Shown piece after piece: positions 1-12,100 of a DNA stretch of 64,000 bases. Each line of letters starts with the position of its first letter. The first letter of the stretch is position 1. The position numbers and the translations under genes were made by a program. A model generated the notes under the pieces. The model had not been told where the DNA came from and ran no database searches. It was given only the letters and a program-made list of their open reading frames with translations. The DNA comes from Eledone cirrhosa (Eukaryota), in contig OZ024743.1 in assembly GCA_964016885.1 (NCBI GenBank), positions 136,958,001 through 137,022,000 on the forward strand, read 5' to 3'.

Positions 1-3000
1 TGCTTGGTGTTTGGTGCTTGGTGCTTGGTGCTTGGTGTTTGGTGCTTGGTGCTTGGTGTTTGGTGCTTGGTGCTTGGTGTTTGGTTTTTGGTGCTTGGTG
101 CTTGGTGTTTGGTGTTTGGTGCTTGCTGCTGGCTGCTTGGTGTTTGATGCATGGTGATTGGTGCTTGGTGTTTGGTGCTTGGTGTTTGGTGTTTGATGCT
201 TGGTGCTTGGTGCTTGGTGTTTGGTGCTTGGTGCTTGGTGTTTGGTGCTTGGTGTTTGGTGCTTGGTGTTTGGTGCTTGGTGTTTGGTGCTTGGTGCTTG
301 GTGCTTGGTGCTTGGTGTTTGGTGGTTGGTGCTTGGTGCTTGGTGTTAGGTGTTTGGTGCTTGGTGCTTGGTGTTTGGTGTTTGGTGCTTGGTGTTTGGT
401 GTTTGGTGCTTGGTGTTTGGTGCTTGGTACTTGGTGCTTGGTACTTGGTGTTAGGTGTTTGGTGCTTGGTGATTGGTGTCTGGTTTTTGGTGCTTGGTGC
501 TTGGTGTTTGTTGTTTGGTGCTTGCTGCTGGCTGCTTGGTGTTTGGTGCTTTTTTATTGGTGCTTGGTGTTTGGTGCTTGGTGCTTGGTGTTTGGTGTTT
601 GCTGCTTGGTGTTTGATGCTTGGTGCTTGGTGCTTGGTGTTTTGTGTTTGGTGCTTGGTGTTTGTACTTGGTGCTTGGTGCTTGGTGTTTGGTTCTTGGT
701 TCTTGGTGTTTGGTACTTGGTGCTTGATGTTTGGTGTTTGGTGCTTGGTGTTTGGTGCTTGGTGCTTGGTGCTTGGTGTTAGGTGTTTGGTGCTTGGTCC
801 TTGGTGTTTGGTGCTTTGTGTTTGGTGTTTGCTGTTAGGTGTTTGGTGTTTGGTGTTTGGTGTTTGCTGTTTGGTGTCTGCTTTTTGGTGTTCAGTGTTT
901 GCTGTATGGTGTTTGGTGTTTGCTGTTTGGTGTTTGGTCTTTGGTGCTTGGTGTTTGGTGCTTGGTGCTTGGTGTTTGGTGTTTGGTGTTTGGTGCTTGG
1001 TGTTTGGTGTTTGGTGCTTGGTGTTTGGTGTTTGGTACTTGGTGTCTGGTGCTTGGTGTTTGGTTTTTGGTGCTTGGTGTTTGGTGTTTGGTGTTTGGTG
1101 TTTGGTGTTTGGTGCTTGGTGCTTGGTGTTTGGTGTTTCGTGTTTGGTGCTTGGTGTCTGGTGCTTGGTGTTTGGTGTTTGGTGCTTGGTGTTTGGTGTT
1201 TGGTGTTTGGTGCTTGGTGCTTGGTGCGTGGTGTTTGGTGTTTGGTGCTTGGTGTTTGGTGCTTGGTGCTGGGTGGTTGGTGTTTGGTGCTTGGTGTTTG
1301 GTGCTGGGTGCTTGGTGTTTGGTGCTGGGGGCTTGGTGTTTGGTGCTTGGTGCTTGGTCTTTGCTGCTTGGTGTTTGGTGCTTGGTGCTTGGTGTTTGGT
1401 GTTTGGTGCTTGGTGCTTGGTGTTTGGTGCTTCGTGCTTGGTGTTTGGTTTTTGGTGCTTGGTGCTTGGTGTTTGGTGTTTGGTGCTTGCTGCTGGCTGC
1501 TTGGTGTTTGATGCATGGTGATTGGTGCTTGGTGTTTGGTGCTTGGTGTTTGGTGTTTGATGCTTGGTGCTTGGTGTTTGGTGATTGGTGCTTGGTGCTT
1601 GGTGCTTGGTGCTTGGTGTTTGGTGCTTGTAGCTTGGTGTTTGGTGCTTGGTGCTTGGTGTTTGGTTTTTGGTGCTTGGTGTTTGGTGTTTGGTGTTTGG
1701 TGCTTGCTGCTGGCTGCTTGGTGTTTGATGCATGGTGATTTGTGCTTGGTGTTTGGTGCTTGGTGTTTGGTGTTTGATGCTTGGTGCTTGGTGTTTGGTG
1801 TTTGATGCTTGGTGCTTGGTGCTTGGTGCTTGGTGTTTGGTGCTTGGTGTTTGGTGCTTGGTGATTGGTGTTTGTACTTGGTGCTTGGTGCTTGGTTCTT
1901 GGTGTTTGGTGCTTGGTGCTTGGTGTTTGGTGTTATATGCTTGGTGTTTGATGCTTGGTGCTTGGTGCTTGGTGTTTGGTGTTTGGTGTTTGATGCTTGG
2001 TGCTTGGTGTTTGGTGCTTGGTGCTTGGTGTTTGTACTTGGTGCTTGGTGCTTGGTGCTTGGTGTTTGGTGCTTGGTGTTTGGTGCTTGGTGTTTGGTGC
2101 TTGGTGTTACGTGTTTGGTGCTTGGTGCTTGGTGTTTGGTGTTTGGTGCTTGGTGTTTGGTGTTTGGTGCTTGGTGTTTGGTGCTTTTTGCTTGGTGCTT
2201 GGTGCTTGGTGTTTGGTGCTGGGTGCTTGGTGCTTGGTGTTTGGTGTTATATGCTTGGTGTTTGATGCTTGGTGCTTGGTGCTTGGTGTTGTGTGTTTGG
2301 TGCTTGGTGTTTGGTGTTTGGTGCTTGGTGCTTGGTGTTTGGTGTTTGGTGCTTGGTGCTTGGTGCTTGGAGTTTGGTGTTTGGTGCTTGGTGCTTTGTG
2401 TTTTGTGTTTGGTGTTTGGTATTTGGTGCTTGGTGCTTGGTCCTTGGTGTTTGGTGCTGGGTGCTTTGTGTTTGGTGCTTGGTGCTTGGTGTTTGGTGTT
2501 TGCTGCTTGGTGTTTGATGCTTGGTGCTTGGTGCTTGGTGTTTTGTGTTTGGTGCTTGGTTCTTGGTACTTGGTGTTTGTACTTGGTGCTTGGTGCTTGG
2601 TGTTTGGTTCTTGGTGTTTGGTACTTGGTGCTTGGTGCTTGATGTTTGGTGTTTGGTGCTTGGTGTCTGGTGCTTGGTGTTTGGTTTTTGGTGCTTGGTG
2701 TTTGGTGTTTGGTGCTTGGTGTTTGGTGTTTGGTGTTTGGTTCTTGGTGCTTGGTGTTTGGTGTTTGGTGTTTGGTGCTTGGTGTCTGGTGCTTGGTGTT
2801 TGGTGTTTGGTGCTTGGTGTTTGGTGTTTGGTGTTTGGTGCTTGGTGCTTGGTGCTTGCTGTTTGGTGTTTGGTGCTTGGTGCTTGGTGTTTGGTGCTTG
2901 GTGCTGGGTGCTTGGTGTTTGGTGCTGGGTGCTTGGCGTTTGGTGCTTGGTGCTTGGTCTTTGGTGCTTGGTGTTTGGTGCTTGGTGCTTGGTGCTTGGT

Positions 3001-5277
3001 GTTTGGTGCTTGGTGCTTGGTGTTTGGTGCTTGGTGCTTGGTGTTTGGTTTTTGGTGCTTGGTGCTTGGTGTTTGGTGTTTGGTGCTTGCTGCTGGCTGC
3101 TTGGTGTTTGATGCATGGTGATTGGTGCTTGGTGTTTGGTGCTTGGTGTTTGGTGTTTGATGCTTGGTGCTTGGTGCTTGGTGTTTGGTGCTTGGTGCTT
3201 GGTGTTTGGTGCTTGGTGTTTGGTGCTTGGTGTTTGGTGCTTGGTGTTTGGTGCTTGGTGCTTGGTGCTTGGTGCTTGGTGTTTGGTGGTTGGTGCTTGG
3301 TGCTTGGTGTTAGGTGTTTGGTGCTTGGTGCTTGGTGTTTGGTGTTTGGTGCTTGGTGTTTGGTGTTTGGTGCTTGGTGTTTGGTGCTTGGTACTTGGTG
3401 CTTGGTACTTGGTGTTAGGTGTTTGGTGCTTGGTGATTGGTGTCTGGTTTTTGGTGCTTGGTGCTTGGTGTTTGTTGTTTGGTGCTTGCTGCTGGCTGCT
3501 TGGTGTTTGGTGCTTTTTTATTGGTGCTTGGTGTTTGGTGCTTGGTGCTTGGTGTTTGGTGTTTGCTGCTTGGTGTTTGATGCTTGGTGCTTGGTGCTTG
3601 GTGTTTTGTGTTTGGTGCTTGGTGTTTGTACTTGGTGCTTGGTGCTTGGTGTTTGGTTCTTGGTTCTTGGTGTTTGGTACTTGGTGCTTGATGTTTGGTG
3701 TTTGGTGCTTGGTGTTTGGTGCTTGGTGCTTGGTGCTTGGTGTTAGGTGTTTGGTGCTTGGTCCTTGGTGTTTGGTGCTTTGTGTTTGGTGTTTGCTGTT
3801 AGGTGTTTGGTGTTTGGTGTTTGGTGTTTGCTGTTTGGTGTCTGCTTTTTGGTGTTCAGTGTTTGCTGTATGGTGTTTGGTGTTTGCTGTTTGGTGTTTG
3901 GTCTTTGGTGCTTGGTGTTTGGTGCTTGGTGCTTGGTGTTTGGTGTTTGGTGTTTGGTGCTTGGTGTTTGGTGTTTGGTGCTTGGTGTTTGGTGTTTGGT
4001 ACTTGGTGTCTGGTGCTTGGTGTTTGGTTTTTGGTGCTTGGTGTTTGGTGTTTGGTGTTTGGTGTTTGGTGTTTGGTGCTTGGTGCTTGGTGTTTGGTGT
4101 TTCGTGTTTGGTGCTTGGTGTCTGGTGCTTGGTGTTTGGTGTTTGGTGCTTGGTGTTTGGTGTTTGGTGTTTGGTGCTTGGTGCTTGGTGCGTGGTGTTT
4201 GGTGTTTGGTGCTTGGTGTTTGGTGCTTGGTGCTGGGTGGTTGGTGTTTGGTGCTTGGTGTTTGGTGCTGGGTGCTTGGTGTTTGGTGCTGGGGGCTTGG
4301 TGTTTGGTGCTTGGTGCTTGGTCTTTGCTGCTTGGTGTTTGGTGCTTGGTGCTTGGTGTTTGGTGTTTGGTGCTTGGTGCTTGGTGTTTGGTGCTTCGTG
4401 CTTGGTGTTTGGTTTTTGGTGCTTGGTGCTTGGTGTTTGGTGTTTGGTGCTTGCTGCTGGCTGCTTGGTGTTTGATGCATGGTGATTGGTGCTTGGTGTT
4501 TGGTGCTTGGTGTTTGGTGTTTGATGCTTGGTGCTTGGTGTTTGGTGATTGGTGCTTGGTGCTTGGTGCTTGGTGCTTGGTGTTTGGTGCTTGGTGCTTG
4601 GTGTTTGGTGCTTGGTGCTTGGTGTTTGGTTTTTGGTGCTTGGTGTTTGGTGTTTGGTGTTTGGTGCTTGCTGCTGGCTGCTTGGTGTTTGATGCATGGT
4701 GATTTGTGCTTGGTGTTTGGTGCTTGGTGTTTGGTGTTTGATGCTTGGTGCTTGGTGTTTGGTGTTTGATGCTTGGTGCTTGGTGCTTGGTGCTTGGTGT
4801 TTGGTGCTTGGTGTTTGGTGCTTGGTGATTGGTGTTTGTACTTGGTGCTTGGTGCTTGGTTCTTGGTGTTTGGTGCTTGGTGCTTGGTGTTTGGTGTTAT
4901 ATGCTTGGTGTTTGATGCTTGGTGCTTGGTGCTTGGTGTTTGGTGTTTGGTGTTTGATGCTTGGTGCTTGGTGTTTGGTGCTTGGTGCTTGGTGTTTGTA
5001 CTTGGTGCTTGGTGCTTGGTGCTTGGTGTTTGGTGCTTGGTGTTTGGTGCTTGGTGTTTGGTGCTTGGTGTTACGTGTTTGGTGCTTGGTGCTTGGTGTT
5101 TGGTGTTTGGTGCTTGGTGTTTGGTGTTTGGTGCTTGGTGTTTGGTGCTTTTTGCTTGGTGCTTGGTGCTTGGTGTTTGGTGCTGGGTGCTTGGTGCTTG
5201 GTGTTTGGTGTTATATGCTTGGTGTTTGATGCTTGGTGCTTGGTGCTTGGTGTTGTGTGTTTGGTGCTTGGTGTTTG
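1..5277 (+). repeat. Higher-order tandem duplication, period 2964 bp (1-~2313 repeated at 2965-~5277)
   Basis: ORF pairs 151/3115, 783/3747, 839/3803, 1515/4479, 1732/4696 and 2269/5233 are all offset by 2964 with near-identical translations. The match ends at 2314 (G) vs 5278 (A). Confidence 0.95.
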
Positions 5278-7629
5278 ATGCTTGGTGCTTGGTGCTTGGT
5301 GTTTGGTGCTTGGTGCTTGGTGTTTGGTGCTTGGTGCTTGGTGTTTGGTGCTTGGTGTTTGGTGCTTGGTGTTTGGTGCATGGTGGTTGGTGCTTGGTGC
5401 TTGGTGTTTGGTGGTTGGTGCTTGGTGTTAGGTGTTTGGTGCTTAGTGCTTGGTGTTTGGTGTTTGGTGCTTGGTGTTTGGTGTTTGGTGCTTGGTGTTT
5501 GGTGCTTGGTACTTGGTGCTTGGTGTTAGGTGTTTGGTGCTTGGTGCTTGGTGTCTGGTTTTTGGTGCTTGGTGCTTGGTGTTTGGTGCTTGCTGCTGGC
5601 TGCTTGGTGTTTGGTGCTTGGTGATTGGTGCTTGGTGTTTGGTGTTTGGTGCTAGGTGCTTGGTGTTTGGTGCTTGGTGCTTGGTGTTTGTACTTGGTGC
5701 TTGGTGCTTGGTTCTTGGTGTTTGGTGCTTGGTGCTTGGTGTTTGGTGCTTGGTGCTTGGTGTTTGGTGCTTGGTGTTTGGTGCTTGGTGTTTATTGCTT
5801 GGTGCTTGGTGCTTGGTGTTTGGTGCTTGGTGTTTGGTGCTTGGTGTTTGGTGGTTGGTGTTTGGTGTTTGGTGTTATATGCTTGGTGTTTGATGCTTGG
5901 TGCTTGGTGCTTGGTGTTTGGTGCTTGGTGTTTGATGCTTGGTGCTTGGTGCTTGGTGTTTGGTGCTTGGTGCTTGGTGTTTGTACTTGGTGCTTGGTGC
6001 TTGGTTCTTGGTGTTTGGTGCTTGGTGTTTGGTGTTTGGTGCTTGGTGTTTGGTGTTTGGTGTTATATGCTTGGTGTTTGATGCTTGGTGCTTAGTGCTT
6101 GGTGTTTGGTGCTTGGTGTTTGATGCTTGGTGCTTGGTGCTTGGTGTTTGGTGCTTGGTGCTTGGTGTTTGGTGCTTGGTGCTTGGTGTTTGTACTTGGT
6201 GCTTGGTGCTTGGTTCTTGGTGTTTGGTGCTTGGTGCTTGGTGTCTGGTGCTTGGTGCTCGGTGTTTGGTGCTTGGTGTTTGGTGCTTGGTGTTTGGTGC
6301 TTGGTGCTTGGTGCTTAGTGCTTGGTGTTTGGTGCTTGGTGTTAGGTGTTTGGTGCTTGGTGCTTGGTGTTTGGTGTTTGGTGCTTGGTGTTTGGTGCTT
6401 GGTGTTTGGTGTTAGGTGTCTGGTGCTTGGTGTTTGATGTTTGGTGCTTGGTGTTTGGTGCTTGGTGTTTGGTGCTTGGTGTTTGGTGCTTGGTACTTGG
6501 TGCTTGGTGCTTCGTGTTAGGTGTTTGGTGCTTGGTGCTTGGTGTTTGGTTTTTGGTGCTTGGTGCTTGGTGTTTGGTGTTTGGTGCTTGCTGCTGGCTG
6601 CTTGGTCTTTGATGCTTGGTGATTGGTGCTTGGTGTTTTGTGCTTGGTGTTTGGTGTTTGGTGCTAGGTGCTTGGTGTTTGGTGCTTGGTGCTTGGTGCT
6701 TGATGTTTGGTGTTTGGTGTTAGGTGCTTGGTGCTTGGTGTTTGGTGCTTGGTGCAGGGTGGTTGGTGTTTAGTGCTTGGTGTTTGGTGCTGGGTGCTTG
6801 GTGTTTGGTGCTTGGTGCTTGGTCTTTGGTGCTTGGTGTTTGGTGTTTGGTGCTTGGTGCTTGGTGCTTGGTGTTTGGTGCTTGGTGCTTGGTGTTTGGT
6901 GCTTGGTGCTTAGTGTTTGGTGCTTGGTGCTTAGTGTTTGGTGTTTGGTGCTTGGTGCTTGGTGTTTGGTGCTTACTGTTTGGTGCTTGGTGCTTGGTGT
7001 TTGGTGTTTGCTGTTTGCTGTTTGCTGTTTGTTGTTTGGTGTTTGTTGTTTGGTGTTTGCTGTTTGGTGTTTGGTGTTTGCTTTTTGGTGTTTGGTGTTT
7101 GCTGTATGTTGTTTGCTGTTTGGTGTTTGGTGTTTGGTGTTTGGTGCTTGTTGCTTGGTGTTTGGTGCTTGGTGCTTGGTGTTTGGTGCCTGGTGCTTGG
7201 TGCTTGGTGCTTGGTGTTTGGTGTTTGGTGCTTGGTGCTTGGAGTTTGGTGTTTGGTGCTTGGTGTTTCGTGTTTCGTGTTTGGTTTTTGGTGCTTGGTG
7301 CTTGGTGCTTGGTCCTTGGTGTTTGGTGCTGGGTGCATTGTGTTTGGTGCTTGGTGCTTGGTGCTTGGTGTTTGGTGTTTGCTGCTTGGTGTTTGATGCT
7401 TGGTGCTTGGTGCTTGGTGTTTTGTGTTTGGTGCTTGGTGCTTGGTGTTTGGTGCTTGGTGCTTGGTGCTTGGTGTTTGTACTTGGTGCTTGGTGATTGG
7501 TGTTTGGTTCTTGGTTCTTGGTGTTTGGTGCTTGGCGTTTGGTGTTTGGTGCTTGGTGCTTGGTGTTTGGTGCTTGGTGCTTGGTGTTTGGTGCCTGGTG
7601 CTTGGTGCTTGGTGCTTGGTGTTTGGTGT

Positions 7630-8850
7630 TTGGTGCTTGGTGCTTGGTGCTTGGAGTTTGGTGTTTGGTGCTTGGTGCTTTGTGTTTTGTGTTTGGTGTT
7701 TGGTATTTGGTGCTTGGTGCTTGGTCCTTGGTGTTTGGTGCTGGGTGCTTTGTGTTTGGTGCTTGGTGCTTGGTGTTTGGTGTTTGCTGCTTGGTGTTTG
7801 ATGCTTGGTCCTTGGTGCTTGGTGTTTTGTGTTTGGTGCTTGGTTCTTGGTGTTTGGTGCTTGGTGCTTGGTACTTGGTGTTTGTACTTGGTGCTTGGTG
7901 CTTGGTGTTTGGTTCTTGGTGTTTGGTACTTGGTGCTTGGTGCTTGATGTTTGGTGTTTGGTGCTTGGTGTCTGGTGCTTGGTGTTTGGTTTTTGGTGCT
8001 TGGTGTTTGGTGTTTGGTGCTTGGTGTTTGGTGTTTGGTGTTTGGTTCTTGGTGCTTGGTGTTTGGTGTTTGGTGTTTGGTGCTTGGTGTCTGGTGCTTG
8101 GTGTTTGGTGTTTGGTGCTTGGTGTTTGGTGTTTGGTGTTTGGTGCTTGGTGCTTGGTGCTTGCTGTTTGGTGTTTGGTGCTTGGTGCTTGGTGTTTGGT
8201 GCTTGGTGCTGGGTGCTTGGTGTTTGGTGCTGGGTGCTTGGTGTTTGGTGCTTGGTGCTTGGTCTTTGGTGCTTGGTGTTTGGTGCTTGGTGCTTGGTGC
8301 TTGGTGTTTGGTGCTTGGTGCTTGGTGTTTGGTGCTTGGTGCTTGGTGTTTGGTTTTTGGTGCTTGGTGCTTGGTGTTTGGTGTTTGGTGCTTGCTGCTG
8401 GCTGCTTGGTGTTTGATGCATGGAGATTGGTGCTTGGTGTTTGGTGCTTGGTGTTTGGTGTTTGATGCTTGGTGCTTGGTGCTTGGTGTTTGGTGCTTGG
8501 TGCTTGGTGTTTGGTGCTTGGTGTTTGGTGCTTGGTGTTTGGTGCTTGGTGTTTGGTGCTTGGTGCTTGGTGCTTGGTGCTTGGTGTTTGGTGGTTGGTG
8601 CTTGGTGCTTGGTGTTAGGTGTTTGGTGCTTGGTGCTTGGTGTTTGGTGTTTGGTGCTTGGTGTTTGGTGTTTGGTGCTTGGTGTTTGGTGCTTGGTACT
8701 TGGTGCTTGGTACTTGGTGTTAGGTGTTTGGTGCTTGGTGCTTGGTGTCTGGTTTTTGGTGCTTGGTGCTTGGTGTTTGTTGTTTGGTGCTTGCTGCTGG
8801 CTGCTTGGTGTTTGGTGCTTTTTTATTGGTGCTTGGTGTTTGGTGCTTGG
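7630..8850 (+). repeat. Dispersed copy of ~2345-3550 (offset ~5284-5305 bp)
   Basis: ORF pairs 2646/7951 and 3115/8420 (5305) and 2521/7805 (5284). Shared markers TTGGAGT, TTGGTAT, TTGGTCC and CTTTTTTATTGG. Confidence 0.88.
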
Positions 8851-8884
8851 TGTTTGGTGTTTGGTGCTTGGTGATTGGTGCTTG

Positions 8885-9033
8885 GTGTTTGTTGCTTGGT
8901 GTTAGGTGCTTGGTGCTTGGTGTTTGGTGCCTGGTGCTTGGTGCTTGGTGCTTGGTGTTTGGTGTTTGGTGCTTGGTGCTTGGAGTTTGGTGTTTGGTGC
9001 TTGGTGTTTCGTGTTTCGTGTTTGGTTTTTGGT
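8885..9033 (+). repeat. Copy of ~7145-7292 (offset 1741 bp), truncated at the inversion junction
   Basis: The marker order CTGGTGC…TTGGAGT…TTCGTGT-TTCGTGT-TTGGTTT-TTGGT occurs at 7190-7292 and at 8931-9033. Confidence 0.88.
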
Positions 9034-9037
9034 CCAA
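9029..9037. other. Inversion junction between the two satellite arms (TTGG-T-CCAA)
   Basis: 9021-9045 reads tttggtttttggt|ccaagcaccaag. The strand switch is abrupt with no spacer. Confidence 0.97.
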
Positions 9038-9139
9038 GCACCAAGCACCAAACACCAAACAGCAAGCACCAAAGACCAAGCACCAAGCACCAAGCACCAA
9101 GCACCAAACAATAAGCACCAAGCACCAAGCACCAAACAC

Positions 9140-12100
9140 CAAGCACCAAGCACCAAACACCAACCACCCAGCACCAAGCACCAAGCACCAAACACCAAGC
9201 ACCAAACACCAAACACCAAACACCAAGCACCAAGCACCAAGCACCAAACACCAAGCACCAAGCACTAAGCACCAAACACCAAGCCCCAATCACCAAGCAC
9301 CAAACACCAAACGCCAAGCACCAAGCACCTAACACCAAGCACCAAGCACCAAGCACCTAGCACCAAACACCTAACACCAAGCACCAAGCACCAAACACCA
9401 AGCACCAATCACCAAGCACCAAACACCAAGCAGCAAGCAGCAAGCAACAAACACCAAACACCAAGCACCAAGCACCAAACACCAAGCACCAAGGACCAAA
9501 CATCAAACACCAAGCACCAAGCACCAAACACCTAACACCAATCACCAAGCACCAAGCACCGAACACCAAGCACATAACACCAAGCACCAAACACCAAGCA
9601 CCAAGCACCAAACACCAAGCACCAAACACCAAGCACCAAGCACCAAGCACCAAACACCAAGCACCAGGCACCAAGCACCAAACACCAAACACCATGCACC
9701 AAGCACCAAGCCCCAAACACTTAACACCAAGCACCAAGCACCAAGCACCAAACACCAATCACCAAAAACCAAACACCAAGCACCAAGTACCAAACACCAA
9801 GCACCAAGCACCAAACACCAAGCACCAATCACCAAACACCAAGAACCAAGCACCAAACACCAAGCACCAAGCACCAAGCACCAGGCACCAAGCACCAAGC
9901 ACCAAACACAAAACACCAAGCACCAAGGACCAAGCAGCAAACACCAAGCATCAAACACCAAACACCAAACACCAAGCACCAAGCACCAAGCAGCAAACAG
10001 CAAGCATCAAACACCAAACACCAAACACCAAGCACCAAACACCAAGCACCAAGCACCAAACACCAAACACCAAGCACCAAGCACCAAGCACCAAACACCA
10101 AACACCAAGCACCAAACACCAAACACCAAGCACCAAGCACCAAACACCAAACAACAAGCACCAGGCACCAAGCAAAAAACACCAAACACCAAGCACGCAG
10201 CATCAAACACCAAGCACCAAGCACCAAGCACCAAACACCAAGCACCAAGCACCAAGCACCAAGTACCAAACACCAAACACCAAGCACCAAACACCAAACA
10301 CCAAGCACCAATCACCAAGCACGAAACACCAGGCACCAAGCACCAAGCACCAAACACCAAACACCAAGCACCAAACACCAGCCACCAAGCACCAAGCACC
10401 AAACACCAAACACCAAGCACTAAGCACCAAACACCAAACAACAAGCACCAGGCACCAAGCACCAAACACCAAACACCAAGCACGCATCACCAAACACCAA
10501 GCACCAAGCACCAAGCACCAAAAACCAAGCACCAAGCACCAAGCACAAAACACCAAACACCAAACACCAAGCACCAAGAACCAAACACCAAACACCAAAC
10601 AGCAAGCACCAAGCACCAAACACCAAGCACCAAACACCAAACCCCAAGCACCAATCACCAAACACTAATCACCAAGCACTAAGCACCAAACACCGAGCAC
10701 CAAACACCAAGCACCAAGCACCAAACACCAAACCCCAAGCACCATAGACCAAGCACCAAGCACCAAGGAACAAACACCAAGCACCAAGCACAAAGCACCA
10801 AACACCAAGCACCAAGCACCAAACACCCAGCACCAAGCACCAAGCATCAAACACCAAGCACCAAGCACCAAACACCAAACACCAAACACCAAGCACCAAG
10901 CACTAAACAGCAAGCACCAAACACCAAACACCAAACAGCAAACACCAAACAGCAAACACCAAACACCAAACACCAAACAGCAAATGCCAAACACAAAGCA
11001 CCAAGCACCAAGCACCAAACACCAAGCACCAAGCACCAAGCACAAAACATCAAACACCAAGCACCAAGCACCAAGCACCAAACACCAAGCACCAAACATC
11101 AAGCACCAAACACCAAGCACCAAACACCAAACACTAAACACCAAGCACCAAGCACCAATCACCAAACACCAAGTACCAAGCACCAAACACCAAGCACCAA
11201 GCACCAAGCACCAAGCACCAAGCACCAAACACAAAACACCAAGCACCAAGCACCAAGCAGCAAACACCAAGCATCAAACACCAAACACCAAACACCAAGC
11301 ACCAAGCACCAAGCAGCAAACAGCAAGCATCAAACACCAAACACCAAACACCAAGCACCAAACACCAAGCACCAAGCACCAAACACCAAACACCAAGCAC
11401 CAAGCACCAAGCACCAAACACCAAACACCAAGCACCAAACACCAAACACCAAGCACCAAGCACCAAACACCAAACAACAAGCACCAGGCACCAAACACCA
11501 AGCACCAAGCACCAAACACCAAACACCAAGCACCAAGCACCAAGCACCAAGTACCAAACACCAAGCACCAAACACCAAACACCAAGCACCAATCACCAAG
11601 CACGAAACACCAGGCACCAAGCACCAAGCACCAAACACCAAACACCAAGCACCAAACACCAGCCACCAGGCACCAAGCACCAAACACCAAACACCATGCA
11701 CCAAGCACCAAGCCCCAAACACTTAACACCAAGCACCAAGCACCAAGCACCAAACACCAATCACCAAAAACCAAACACCAAGCACCAAGTACCAAACACC
11801 AAGCACCAAGCACCAAACACCAAGCACCAAGCACCAATCACCAAACACCAAGAACCAAGCACCAAACACCAAGCACCAAGCACCAAGCACCAGGCACCAA
11901 GCACCAAGCACCAAACACAAAACACCAAGCACCAAGGACCAAGCAGCATACACCAAGCATCAAACACCAAACACCAAACACCAAGCACCAAGCACCAAAC
12001 AGCAAGCATCAAACACCAAACACCAAACACCAAGCACCAAACACCAAGCACCAAGCACTAAACACCAAACACCAAGCACCAAGCACCAAACACCAAACAC

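Larger units (their letters stand above)
1..9033 (+). repeat. Heptamer satellite array, left arm, (TTGGTGY)n on the + strand, ~1290 monomers, open at the window start
   Basis: Continuous TTGGTGC/TTGGTGT monomers with scattered single-base variants (TTGATGC, TTGCTGC, TAGGTGT, TTGGTAC, 6-bp TTGTAC). Almost no A on the + strand. Confidence 0.99.

Noticed and set aside
2247-4697. Longest ORF (816 aa, minus strand) as a mucin-like or structural repeat protein
   Set aside because: It is the satellite read on the C-rich strand. Its ends are defined by variant monomers inside the 2964-bp duplication.
9000-9070. GC/AT-skew switch as a replication origin or terminus
   Set aside because: The switch is fully explained by inversion of a strand-asymmetric repeat.
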